From a virus (taxonomy: Duplodnaviria; Caudoviricetes): a stretch of DNA of 51,476 nt. The position numbers were made by a program, and so were the translations under genes. How positions within the stretch are numbered: position 1 is the first letter of the stretch; every line of letters starts with the position of its first letter. This document shows, one piece after another, positions 8,704-17,911 of this stretch. A model generated the notes under the pieces. That model saw only the letters and a program-made list of their open reading frames with translations, was not told the DNA's origin and searched no databases. The stretch lies in IMG/VR virus record IMGVR_UViG_3300037419_001570, positions 1 to 51,476 of that record, one strand, 5' to 3'.

Positions 8704-8949
8704 TTACGCCTTCTTCTTGCCCTTCTTCGGCCTCTCCGGCGGGGCCTGGGGCGTGCCGAGCAGGAGGCCGTTCTTGGGCGCGTCCGGCCACGTCCGATGC
8801 GCCGCTTCGTAGGCGTCCCCGGACGTCCGGGCGTCCACGCGGCCGAGCAGCTCGCCGAGCGCCGTCGGGTCGCCCTCGCCCCGCAGGTGCACCGGCCACA
8901 GCTTCCACCGCACCGGCCTGGTCACGCACTCTTCTTCCGCTTCAGGCAT
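8704..8949 (-). CDS. hypothetical protein
   Basis: 81 aa ORF in the early operon; start uncertain. Confidence 0.5.
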   Translation of the reverse strand: MPEAEEECVTRPVRWKLWPVHLRGEGDPTALGELLGRVDARTSGDAYEAAHRTWPDAPKNGLLLGTPQAPPERPKKGKKKA

Positions 8950-9072
8950 CGCTCCCCCTTCCGATAGATCCGCTCGTTGTGCTCCCGCATCTCGCGAAGC
9001 GAGCCCGCCAGGCCGCCGGCTCGTCCGGGCTCAGCCCCGGGGCCGTCCAGGATCGCGGGCGGACAGGGGGCG

Positions 9073-10185
9073 TCACGCCTTCGCGAGCGCGCCGCCCCCC
9101 TCGCCCTCGTCGGCCTTGACCGCCTCGACGAACTGCTCCAGCGTCATGAACTCGACGCCCAGCCGTCGGGCGAGCGAGACTATGGTCTCGTGGCCTTCGA
9201 CGGGCTCGAAGACGAGCACGACCTTGCGAGCCAAGCCGTGGTGCTCGGCGATGAGCATGGCACGCCCGACGGCCGCGACGATCGCGCCGGCGGACACGGA
9301 TACATGGATCGCACGCATATCCTCGGGGATGTACGTAACCGCGAACCCACGGCACTCACTGCCGGAAAGCCAGTTGACCTTCGAGGTGCCGAAATGGACG
9401 CCGCGATAAGCAAGGAACTTAGCAACAGCGTTGCTATCCCTGTAAAAGGCCAGAGAAGCGGATCGGCGATCGATCGCTTTCTGCAGTTCAGCCGCCGCCT
9501 CCTCTTTCGTTCCGCTGGGCAGGCGGATCTCCTTTCCGCCGACGTTGGCCCGAAATCCAATTTTGTTGCTGTTCGGTTTAATCGCATGGAGATCTTCGTT
9601 TCTGCGATACGTGGCCTGGCGAGTCCTCCCGTCCCACAGCGTGACTACCTTCGGAAGGGGCCGATTGTTCTTCTCGCACCACTCCGCGCGCCATTTAACG
9701 ATAGTGGTGTGCGACACACCGACATGCCTCGCGATCTCTTTAGGCGACCTGGCGTCCCACCCATTATCCAGCAGCATGAAGCACGCTTTCTTTCTGTCCT
9801 CCTTCGTCGGCGTCAGGGCGTGGTTGGCCATGTTGCAGCACGTCGAGAACTCGACGGCCTCCTGCCACGTCGCGTCCACCACGTCGGCGAGGATGCCGGC
9901 CAGGCCCTCTTTCTTGTGCACGGCGACGCGGTGGAATCCGTTGCCGACGTAATCCTTGCCGTCGATGCGGAACACGGTGATCGGGGCCAGCGTCAGGCCG
10001 TCCTTGACGACGGCGTGCAGCGCCTTGACGTTGTCCAGGTCGAGCGGCTTCTCGCGGGCCTGCAAGCGGTGGTCGACCGTCAGGGCCTTGAGGCTCAACT
10101 CCTCGCGGTGGACGCGGCCTTCCTTGCGGAATCGCTCCATCATCTCTTCGTGGGGCAGGAAGGCTGCGGTGTTCTTCTTCGCCAT
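9073..10185 (-). CDS. ParB/Srx N-terminal domain + HTH protein
   Basis: LQAR...PITVF...GNGFHRV; SPKEIARHVGVSHTTIVKWR. Confidence 0.85.
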   Translation of the reverse strand: MAKKNTAAFLPHEEMMERFRKEGRVHREELSLKALTVDHRLQAREKPLDLDNVKALHAVVKDGLTLAPITVFRIDGKDYVGNGFHRVAVHKKEGLAGILADVVDATWQEAVEFSTCCNMANHALTPTKEDRKKACFMLLDNGWDARSPKEIARHVGVSHTTIVKWRAEWCEKNNRPLPKVVTLWDGRTRQATYRRNEDLHAIKPNSNKIGFRANVGGKEIRLPSGTKEEAAAELQKAIDRRSASLAFYRDSNAVAKFLAYRGVHFGTSKVNWLSGSECRGFAVTYIPEDMRAIHVSVSAGAIVAAVGRAMLIAEHHGLARKVVLVFEPVEGHETIVSLARRLGVEFMTLEQFVEAVKADEGEGGGALAKA

Positions 10186-10235
10186 CTCTGTACTCCTTCA
10201 AGTCGTTGAATGTGGATGTGAATGTGGATCGACCG

Positions 10236-10667
10236 TCACGCGAACGCCCTGAGCCGATGGACGCGCTTGTGGTGCTTCGCGATCGGCGCCCGCAGGTGCT
10301 CGGCCACGGCGGCGCGGGCCGCCTCCTTCTCGGCGCGGACCTCGGCGATGCGGCGCTCGATCTCGTCGGCGTCGGGGTCGTCGGGCTGCTCCTCGAACGG
10401 GTCGTCGGCGACGTCCCGCGTCGCATACGGCAGCCGGCAGTCGACCGGCACGGCGCCGGTCGCGATCAGCCGGGCGCGGGCGTCGTCCACCCGCCAGTCC
10501 GCGACCTTCACGCGGGCCTGGATCTTCGGGACGCTCGGATAGACGCCCTCGGCCATCAGCTCCAGGTAAGCCGCCTTCACCACCGCGTCGACCGCATCGT
10601 TCGCGACGGCGGCCTCGTCCCCCGGCCGATGTCGGGCGTCCTTCCGGCATGTACGTCGTCCCGGCAT
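10236..10667 (-). CDS. hypothetical protein
   Basis: AAAGGAG RBS; 143 aa. Confidence 0.6.
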   Translation of the reverse strand: MPGRRTCRKDARHRPGDEAAVANDAVDAVVKAAYLELMAEGVYPSVPKIQARVKVADWRVDDARARLIATGAVPVDCRLPYATRDVADDPFEEQPDDPDADEIERRIAEVRAEKEAARAAVAEHLRAPIAKHHKRVHRLRAFA

Positions 10668-10669
10668 GG

Positions 10670-11284
10670 TCAGGCTCCTTTCGCGTAGTGGGACAGGGCG
10701 GAATGGTTGCGGAGACGTTCGAGCAGCTTCGGCAGTATCTGGCTGACCCTTTGCTCGCTGAGCCCGGCCGCCTCTGCCGCCCCCTTCTGGGACGCGCCTT
10801 CCAGGAATCGCACCTCGATCACGCGCCGCTCGCGGTCGTTGAGGGCCTTCATCGCGACCTCGATCTCGTCGCGGTCGTCCAACTCGCGGCGATCGGGCGG
10901 GACGACGAACAGCACGTCTTCGACGCTCTGCGTGAAACGGTCGTCGTCGTCGGGGCGGCGGATCTGGCTGATCGTCTTGACCGTCGGCCCCGCCCCCCCC
11001 CAGAGGCGGGCGGCCTTGAGTTGGCCGCGCACGCTCCCGAAAAACCCGTTGCTCCGTTCGCCGTCGCGGATCGCGCCCCAGATCCGCTTGCGGGCGTAAG
11101 CCTCGAACGTGAAACCGAGGGACGGGTCGAAATCCCTCGCCGCGTCGATCAGCCCCAGGCGCGCATCTTGGATGCGGTCTTTCAGGGGGACGAAAGGATT
11201 GACGCGGGACTTCGCCATCCGGTCGGCCTTCTCAAGATGTTCGACGACCAGGGCCTGCTGGTCCTCGGTGAGCGGGGCCTTCAC
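10670..11284 (-). CDS. sigma70-family sigma factor (FliA/WhiG-like regions 2 and 4)
   Basis: LGLIDAARDFDPSLGFTFEAYARKRIWGAIRD; LNDRERRVI..SQKGAAEAAGLSEQRVSQI. Confidence 0.9.
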   Translation of the reverse strand: MKAPLTEDQQALVVEHLEKADRMAKSRVNPFVPLKDRIQDARLGLIDAARDFDPSLGFTFEAYARKRIWGAIRDGERSNGFFGSVRGQLKAARLWGGAGPTVKTISQIRRPDDDDRFTQSVEDVLFVVPPDRRELDDRDEIEVAMKALNDRERRVIEVRFLEGASQKGAAEAAGLSEQRVSQILPKLLERLRNHSALSHYAKGA

Positions 11285-11868
11285 GACGCCCTCCTTGGCC
11301 GCCCGGCGGCCTTCGCGGCGGCCTCGTGGGTCGCCACGCAGTCCCGGATCGCCGTCGCCAGTTCGGCCCTGGACAGCCGGGGCGAGACGACCCCGCAGAA
11401 GCCGGGGGCCGTGACCTCGTGGGGCGGCTGGTCGGTCAGGGCGACGCACGGCACGCCCCTGGCAGCCACGGCCGCGGCGATCATCCCGGCCTCGATCCGC
11501 CCCAGGTCCATCGACACGACCACCGCCGCCGGGCCGTCCGCGAACGCCGATCCGGCGTCGAACGCCGTCGCCGCGTGCGTGACGCTGTAGCCCGTCGCCT
11601 CGAACCCGTCGTGAGGTTGCGCGCCGACCGCCAGGAGCCGGCCCGCGTCGCCGGGGATCATCGCGGCGGGCCAGCCCTGCGCCGCCATGAACGCCTTGAG
11701 GTCGTCCAGGTGGACCCGCCGGTCCTGCGAGCCGGGGATGCGGTAGCCCTTGAGCTTCCCCGAATCGATCCACTTGCCGGCCGTGCGCGCCGCCACGCCG
11801 CAGATCGTCGCCACCTGGCCGCTCGTCAGCACGTCGCCGTTCCTCGCCTTCCTGCCCTGTCCAGCCAT
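11281..11868 (-). CDS. MerR/Xis-type HTH + degenerate receiver-like regulator (planctomycete type)
   Basis: VLTSGQVATICGVAARTAGKWIDSGKLKGYRIPGSQDRRV; AATAFDAG. Confidence 0.85.
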   Translation of the reverse strand: MAGQGRKARNGDVLTSGQVATICGVAARTAGKWIDSGKLKGYRIPGSQDRRVHLDDLKAFMAAQGWPAAMIPGDAGRLLAVGAQPHDGFEATGYSVTHAATAFDAGSAFADGPAAVVVSMDLGRIEAGMIAAAVAARGVPCVALTDQPPHEVTAPGFCGVVSPRLSRAELATAIRDCVATHEAAAKAAGRPRRAS

Positions 11869-11884
11869 CTCGTCAGTCCTTTCG

Positions 11885-12145
11885 TTACTTGAAACTGCCC
11901 GAAGGCATCGCGTAGAACCCCAGGAACGAAACCGCGCCCGCCTCAACCTGCCTCCAGAATTCCTGGAATTCGGAGGCGTTGGTCACGTCGGCCATCTGCT
12001 TGAACGCATAGCGATCCAGGAAGATGCCCAGAGATTCGCCGGCGGACAGCCGGGTCAGCAGGTGGTCGTGGTAGCTGATCTCCAGCCTTCGGCCGCCGGC
12101 CGCCTTGATCGCCGTTTCCGTCGCAGGATTGAAATACCGTCCCAC
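11885..12145 (-). CDS. hypothetical protein
   Basis: GTG start with AGGAGG. Confidence 0.6.
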   Translation of the reverse strand: MGRYFNPATETAIKAAGGRRLEISYHDHLLTRLSAGESLGIFLDRYAFKQMADVTNASEFQEFWRQVEAGAVSFLGFYAMPSGSFK

Positions 12146-12159
12146 GTCAGCCCTCCTGT

Positions 12160-12372
12160 TCAGCCGCTCAACCGAGCGTATTCCCCGTGCCCCGACTCGG
12201 GCCAAACCACGGCCCGGGTCGCGTCCGCCAGGTCCCACAGCCGTTTCATGTCGCCCGGGACGTCCGCCTCGGGGTCGGACATCGCCCCGGAGGGCTTGCC
12301 TCCCGGCCTGACGATCCCGCGCTCGAACTTCTCCCACTCCGCATCCACCAGCGATCTCGTCTCGTCGCCCAT
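12160..12372 (-). CDS. hypothetical protein
   Basis: 70 aa, purine-rich RBS. Confidence 0.55.
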   Translation of the reverse strand: MGDETRSLVDAEWEKFERGIVRPGGKPSGAMSDPEADVPGDMKRLWDLADATRAVVWPESGHGEYARLSG

Positions 12373-12387
12373 CGCGTCCCCTCTCCC

Positions 12388-12927
12388 TCAAGCCGCCTCG
12401 ACGTCCCGCCCCACGCGGGCGGGCTCCCAGACCGAAACCTCGAACCGCCCCCACGGGCCGGGGCCCGCGAACGGCGCGAACACCGGCAGGCCGAGATGAC
12501 GCCCCGAGTGGTCGAGCATCTCGCGGAGCTGATCATCCCGGTGGAACGCCGGGTCGAAATCCAGGTCGAACGCCGCGTTCCACTCGTCGAACCGCGGCAG
12601 CGCCACCGCCGGCAGGTCGCGTCGCAGGAAGACTTGCGGCGTCCACTCGCCCTCGAACGCGACGCGATCGACGGCCAGCGACTCGCAATCGCGGGCGTGC
12701 TTGATCTCCGTGGGCCATTTCGCCCCGCGCACGCCCTTGGAGTGGGCGGCCCGGCCGATCGCGACCACCGGGGTGCACGGCGGCAGGTACAGCAGGCGGC
12801 CCTTCCCCCACAGCCGGCTCTCGGCCTGCTCGCGGTCGGTCGCCGGGGTCCAGCCCGAGCCGTCGGACCAGATCCGGTTGTGGATCATCGGCGACCGGCC
12901 GGTCAGTTCGACGTAGACGCGGTTCAT
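12388..12927 (-). CDS. stand-alone RAMP (Cas7/Csm3-like fold) protein
   Basis: VELTGRSPMIHN; AESRL..LYLP; PRFDEW.A.FDL; MLDHSG..LG...GPWGRFEV (G-rich loop). Confidence 0.6.
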   Translation of the reverse strand: MNRVYVELTGRSPMIHNRIWSDGSGWTPATDREQAESRLWGKGRLLYLPPCTPVVAIGRAAHSKGVRGAKWPTEIKHARDCESLAVDRVAFEGEWTPQVFLRRDLPAVALPRFDEWNAAFDLDFDPAFHRDDQLREMLDHSGRHLGLPVFAPFAGPGPWGRFEVSVWEPARVGRDVEAA

Positions 12928-13250
12928 GCGGCACCGCCTTGCATCAGGAACGCCCTGGCGAGGGCCGTGGCCTCGAACGGCTTGAGCACGGCGGAGCCGT
13001 TCCAGACCCATAGACCCTCCAGCCCCACGACCCAGGAGTCGTACAAGTCCGAAGACGCTTCCTCGAACAGGTACTTGTTCGCGTTCAGGGCCTCGCAGCA
13101 CTCGTCGAGCGTCAGCGGTCTCGTCAAGGCCTCAATGCACCTCACGGCTTCGTACATCGCTCTCGCATGTTCTTTCGTCTCCGGCTTCTGCCGAAGGCCG
13201 CCCTGAAGCCGCTTCAAGTCATCCACGAGTTGCGTTGCGTCGATCTTCAT
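12924..13250 (-). CDS. hypothetical protein (repeated family)
   Basis: DATQLVDDL...LTRPLTLDECCEALN; AAGGAGG RBS. Confidence 0.7.
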   Translation of the reverse strand: MKIDATQLVDDLKRLQGGLRQKPETKEHARAMYEAVRCIEALTRPLTLDECCEALNANKYLFEEASSDLYDSWVVGLEGLWVWNGSAVLKPFEATALARAFLMQGGAA

Positions 13251-13264
13251 CCCGCCCTCCTTTC

Positions 13265-13655
13265 GCATAAGCGTTCGCTGTTTCATCGGCGCGCACCGGG
13301 GGCATTCCCTGGGTGATATACAGGTAGAGCGTGGGCTTCGTTGACCTGCGATCTCTCGGCTTTTCAGACGCGTCGACCCGCTTACCGCCAGCTTTTGTTT
13401 CACATCACCTTGGATGCCAGGACGTATGCCCATCGGCGGATCGTTACCGCCCCGTTGCCTGGGAACCCCTCCACTTCGGAGGGGAGCTGGATTCGCTCGT
13501 CGATTCGGCCGCCCTTGTTCCGGCCTCGCGTCGCCGGGGGAGGTTTGAACCCCGACGCCCTACCTCGCCCGTGGCCTGTTCGGCTCACCTTCTGCCGGGC
13601 CTGCTCACAGTCCCCCGACACGCCGGGCACTCCGATCGCCAGTCGTCCTCTCGGA
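13265..13655 (-). ncRNA. candidate structured RNA
   Basis: ~400-nt gap in a tightly packed operon with several stems, including a long-range pairing. Confidence 0.4.
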
Positions 13656-13660
13656 TTCCG

Positions 13661-15268
13661 TCAGCCGGTCTTTTTCGCCCCCTTGTTGAAGAGGCGGTCG
13701 AGCGTCTCGCTCGCGTCCCGGAAGCTCATCGCGCGGGCTTCGGCGGGCGGCACGTCCATCTTGAGGAGCCAGGCCACCTGCTTGGGCGTGGCGAGGTTCC
13801 GCTTGCGGCGGTCGATGATCACGTCGAGCATCTTCGCGGCCCGCCTCCGGCTCATCTGGTCGGCCTTCTCGACGCCGAACTTCGCCAGCGTCTGCACCTG
13901 CCCCGGCGTCGCCGGGTCGTGGGTCGCGTTCATCGCGCCCCGCATCGGGATGCCGAGCGTGTCGGCCATCGCCAGCGGGTCGTAGCTCACCCACCGGACC
14001 TTGACCTCGCGCTCGCGGGCCTTGACGCGGAGCACCTGGCGCTTCGCGGCCTCTTCCTTCGCCTGGGTCGCCGCCTCCACCAGGTCGACGCCTCCGGGGG
14101 CCTTGGCGATCATCTCGCCGAGGATCTCGCCCTCGTCGTCGGCCCGGTCGGTGCGGTCGAACAGGTCGGCGGGACGCACGAGGTCCATCGCGTCCGTGAG
14201 CCACGCGAAGTCGATCAGGACGCAGTCTTCCTTGCCGCGGGAGAGGCGGGTTCCACGTCCGACCATCTGTGAATACAACGCGCGGCTCTTGGTCGGGCGG
14301 CACAGCACGATGGCCGACGTGGACGGGGCGTCGAAGCCCTCCGTGAACAGCATGCAGTTGCAGAGCACCTGCGTCCCGCCGTCCTTGTAGCGGTCGACCT
14401 TGGCGCCCCGGTCGGGCGAGTCGCCCCACACGTAATCCGCACGGACGCCGAGGCTCTCGAGGGCGGTCGCCATCGCCGCGGCGGACCCGCAGTCGGGCGT
14501 GAAGACGATCGTCTGGCGGTCGCCGATCTTGTCCTTGATCGCGTTCGCCAGCGTCTCGATCAGCGGCGTGATCCGCTCCTCGAGGTCGCCGGCGTTGAAG
14601 TCGCCGCCGGTCGTCCTGATGCCCCGCAGGTCGATCGACGTCTCGCACCGCACGACCTTGAGCCGGCAGAGGTACGGCCCCGGCGGCGGGGCCGTCATCG
14701 CGTCCCAGATGCTCATCTCGTAGGCGACCGAGCCGAAGACGTCGGCGATCTCGTCGCCGTCCGCGCGGTCGGGCGTCGCCGTGACGCCGAGCACCTTCGC
14801 AGAACGGAAGTGCTTCAGCACGCGTTGATACGTCTCGGCCGTCGCGTGGTGGCACTCGTCCACGACGATCAGCCGGAAATGGTCCCGGCCCCACGATTCG
14901 AGCCGCTTGGGGCGGGAGATCGTCTGGACGGACGCCACGACGGCCAGCGGGTCGAACACGGCGCGGGCGTAGCTGTCGGCCCGCTCGACGCCCGGCGTGA
15001 CGCCCACGCGCTCGATGGTGTCGGCGGCCTGGGTGATCAACTCCTCGCGGTGGGCGACCACCAGCGTCCGGCCGCCCTTGTCGGCGCACATGCGGACGGC
15101 CGAGGCGAACATCACCGTCTTGCCCGTGCCCGTCGGCAGGATGATGCAGGTCGACCGTCCCTTCGACAGCTCGCGCCGGGCCGCGTCGAGGGCCTCGACC
15201 TGGTACGGCCGCGGCGTCAGGGTGTTGGTCCCGAGTTCGGGAGTGGCGATCAGGCTTGCCGTGCTCAT
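13661..15268 (-). CDS. SF2 DExH helicase
   Basis: RPYQ, PTGTGKT, DECHH, TATPDR, TEGFD, QMVGRGTR. Confidence 0.95.
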   Translation of the reverse strand: MSTASLIATPELGTNTLTPRPYQVEALDAARRELSKGRSTCIILPTGTGKTVMFASAVRMCADKGGRTLVVAHREELITQAADTIERVGVTPGVERADSYARAVFDPLAVVASVQTISRPKRLESWGRDHFRLIVVDECHHATAETYQRVLKHFRSAKVLGVTATPDRADGDEIADVFGSVAYEMSIWDAMTAPPPGPYLCRLKVVRCETSIDLRGIRTTGGDFNAGDLEERITPLIETLANAIKDKIGDRQTIVFTPDCGSAAAMATALESLGVRADYVWGDSPDRGAKVDRYKDGGTQVLCNCMLFTEGFDAPSTSAIVLCRPTKSRALYSQMVGRGTRLSRGKEDCVLIDFAWLTDAMDLVRPADLFDRTDRADDEGEILGEMIAKAPGGVDLVEAATQAKEEAAKRQVLRVKAREREVKVRWVSYDPLAMADTLGIPMRGAMNATHDPATPGQVQTLAKFGVEKADQMSRRRAAKMLDVIIDRRKRNLATPKQVAWLLKMDVPPAEARAMSFRDASETLDRLFNKGAKKTG

Positions 15269-16266
15269 CTCGCGAGGTACCCCCTCTCCTTGCACATCGG
15301 GCAGGGTCCGAGGGCGATGCGCCCCGCCCCGCCGCATCCGCCCTTGTCCGTCGGCGGGCAGACCAGCCATCGCGACGGGTCCTGGAACCGCAGGTGCCAC
15401 GAGAGGTTGGCCGCGTACTGCCCCTCGGTCGACCGGGACGTCCCCTTCCTCGCCGCCTTCATCTCGACCCGGGCGTGGTGCGAGTAGGACCGGAAGGGCG
15501 GCTGCATCCGACGCCACAGCAGGGCGTCGCGGCGGAACACGTCGAGGCTGACGCCCGTCAGCTTGCCCGCCAGCGGCAGCGTCGCGAGCCACTCGTCGTC
15601 GGTGAGGTCGTCGGCCTTCGCCGCCCGCTCCGCATGCTCCTCGGCGACGTCCTCGATCCGCGTCGCGTCCTCGCCGGGGTCCTCCACCGTGACCACCGCG
15701 TCCGGCTTGATCCTGCCGGCGGCCCTGGCCCGCTCCACCGCCGCGTCGGCCTTCGCCACGCCGTTGACGACGGTCTTCACCAGCTCGGCCGGCGTTGCGT
15801 CCGGCTTCGCCCATTTGGCTTCGACGGCGGCCTTGACGACCTTCTCCGTCGGCTTGCCGCCGGCGGCTTCCGTCGCGACGTCGAGGACTTCCGCACGATC
15901 GCCTTCCGGCGCCTTTGCCAAGGCTTCGATCTGGCGGATCGGGATCGTCGCCGGTTCACCTTTGGTTTGAGACGTAGTGCGTTTTGCCACTGTGGCAAAA
16001 GACGCCTCAAGCTCCCTGACGACCTTCGCCTCTTCGAGGCGCCTGTACAACGTCCGCTCGGTCAGGTCGAATTCCTTCGCCGCGCATTCGCGGAACGTCG
16101 CGTACCCGAGCGCGAGCCACCCGCATCCCTCGTACAGGGCGAGGAGCTTCCTCCGGGCGTTGTCGACGTAGGTTCCGGCCGTCGTCAGGTCGGCGCGGAT
16201 GTCGTCGCAAAGCCTTCGTGCGCCGTCTGCGTCCAACCGTGGCATGATCTCAACCGGCACGGCCAT
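15265..16266 (-). CDS. phage DNA-binding protein with C-terminal Zn ribbon
   Basis: GWLALGYATFRECAAKEF; C..CGG...CPMC. Confidence 0.75.
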   Translation of the reverse strand: MAVPVEIMPRLDADGARRLCDDIRADLTTAGTYVDNARRKLLALYEGCGWLALGYATFRECAAKEFDLTERTLYRRLEEAKVVRELEASFATVAKRTTSQTKGEPATIPIRQIEALAKAPEGDRAEVLDVATEAAGGKPTEKVVKAAVEAKWAKPDATPAELVKTVVNGVAKADAAVERARAAGRIKPDAVVTVEDPGEDATRIEDVAEEHAERAAKADDLTDDEWLATLPLAGKLTGVSLDVFRRDALLWRRMQPPFRSYSHHARVEMKAARKGTSRSTEGQYAANLSWHLRFQDPSRWLVCPPTDKGGCGGAGRIALGPCPMCKERGYLAR

Positions 16267-17170
16267 ATCGGTCTCCTAGGTCGGTGATCGCGTCTTGGGG
16301 CGTGGCGTAGATTCGGAGGGCGACGGCGAGGTCGGCGAGCCTGAGACGCAGGCCCGAACCGGAGTCGACGTAATAGCCCGACTCGATGTGGATCGCGGCG
16401 GACGGCTTGGCGTCTTCGCGGTCGAAGGCGTGGCAGGGGAGCCAGCCCGACGACCGGGGCGCGCCGACGGTGCGGAGCCCCCACGACCGCACGAGGCCGG
16501 GGAGGTCGGGGATGGACTCGACCGTCTCCCGCCAGCTCCGCCTGGGCCCTGGAGCCCGCCCCGCGGCCTTCCCCCGAGACTCGCAAATCGGGGGCGGGGC
16601 GGCCGAAACGATCGGTCGCTCCGCGACCGCGGGGGCGAGCTGCAGGACCCAGGCGGGGCACGGCGCAGGCGTCGGCACCGTGAACGGCGAGTTCCGCTTG
16701 TCGAGCCACCTGTACCGCCGGCCCGTCTTCGGGTGGATCGACGGCGGGGCCATCACCAGCGACTTGTCGCACAGCCGTTCGATCGCCGAGTGGCCGCCGT
16801 CGCCCTTCCACAAGACCGCCTTGGGCAGCGGCCGCCCCTCGCGGGCGACCGAGAACCAGACGTGCCGGCCGCCGCCGCCGGAATGACTGATCCACGTTCG
16901 GGGCGTCCGGCCCATCGACGCCCACCGCTCGATCGCCTCGGGCCCGTCCAGGTCGATCGCCATCAGGCCCCAAAACCGGCCGGTCATGACCTGGCAATTC
17001 GAAGTCTCGAACCGGTCGAACTCGGCCTCCGGGAGCTGCGTCTCCCAGAGGTGCCCGAACTTGATCATCGGCCGCTTGTCGTCCGGACGGGACGGGAGGG
17101 GGTTGAACCCCCTCGACCTGTAAAACGCGGCCTGCTCGCGGCAGGCCCTGACGTCGGCGTCAGTGGGCAT
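16250..17170 (-). CDS. bifunctional primase-polymerase (Prim-Pol) protein
   Basis: RGFNPLP..KRP, IDLD, SGGGGRHVWF, VMAPPSIH; C-terminal CH..DREDAKPS. Confidence 0.9.
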   Translation of the reverse strand: MPTDADVRACREQAAFYRSRGFNPLPSRPDDKRPMIKFGHLWETQLPEAEFDRFETSNCQVMTGRFWGLMAIDLDGPEAIERWASMGRTPRTWISHSGGGGRHVWFSVAREGRPLPKAVLWKGDGGHSAIERLCDKSLVMAPPSIHPKTGRRYRWLDKRNSPFTVPTPAPCPAWVLQLAPAVAERPIVSAAPPPICESRGKAAGRAPGPRRSWRETVESIPDLPGLVRSWGLRTVGAPRSSGWLPCHAFDREDAKPSAAIHIESGYYVDSGSGLRLRLADLAVALRIYATPQDAITDLGDRYGRAG

Positions 17171-17897
17171 GGCCGTTGCTCCCGACTCCGAAGCCGTCGA
17201 GCAGGCGAAGCGCCTCCGCGTGCGCGCGGTGGACCTCGTCGTCGTTCCACTGCACCATCCGGGCCGGATAGCCCTGGCTCTTCCCCCAATCGTTGAGCGA
17301 CCTGAGAAGATCCGAGCCCGTCTTCTCCTCCCGCTCTTTCACCCAGGCGAAGAGCGCCTTGCCGGTCCTCGGCGACCCAGACCTCGGCTCGTCCGACGAC
17401 GACCTGGCCGGCGGCGACGACGGATAGGGATGTCGCCTCGCCTCTTGGTCGTACTCACGCTGGGCGGACTGATGCGGCCGTCGTTCGTCCGCGTCGGACT
17501 CGCTCGCGAACGAGGGCACGCCGTCGCCGTAGAGGTATCGCCCGACCCCGAACTTGACGCACGCCCTCTTGAACGCGTCGGAGAAGCCCGACTTTTCGTA
17601 ATCGCTCGAGTCGGCGGTCGTCGTGAAGCCGCCCGCGTCGCACTTCGCAAGTATATGGCCGTCCGGGAGCCGGATCGTCAGTCGGCAGATCACGGCGTTC
17701 TCCATCGGCGTGTAGTCGTCCCACCAGTTCTCCGGGCCGAGCACCTCGTCGAGCCGGTTCATCGCCGTCCTCGCCGTGATGTACAGGAGCTCGCGACCTC
17801 CCTGGTTCCTCCTCTTGACGACGTCCCCGGTGAACTTCGCCGCCAACCGCGCGAAGATGATCCGGTTCGCCACCACGCTCGCGTCTTCGATCTTCAT
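17160..17897 (-). CDS. Rad52/Rad22 (Sak-like) single-strand annealing protein
   Basis: YITARTAMNRLDEVLGPENW; SDAFKRACVKFGVGRYLY. Confidence 0.93.
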   Translation of the reverse strand: MKIEDASVVANRIIFARLAAKFTGDVVKRRNQGGRELLYITARTAMNRLDEVLGPENWWDDYTPMENAVICRLTIRLPDGHILAKCDAGGFTTTADSSDYEKSGFSDAFKRACVKFGVGRYLYGDGVPSFASESDADERRPHQSAQREYDQEARRHPYPSSPPARSSSDEPRSGSPRTGKALFAWVKEREEKTGSDLLRSLNDWGKSQGYPARMVQWNDDEVHRAHAEALRLLDGFGVGSNGHAH

Positions 17898-17911
17898 CGC
17901 GTCCCCCTCCC

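Noticed and set aside
8922-9076. Small ORF between ParB-like gene and 8704-8949
   Set aside because: Frame ambiguous; cannot be supported
9073-10185. Plasmid-prophage partition system
   Set aside because: No ParA/ParM ATPase; int plus attP indicate integration
10207-10230. 12-bp tandem TGAATGTGGAT(G/C)
   Set aside because: Only two copies, nothing else supports a function
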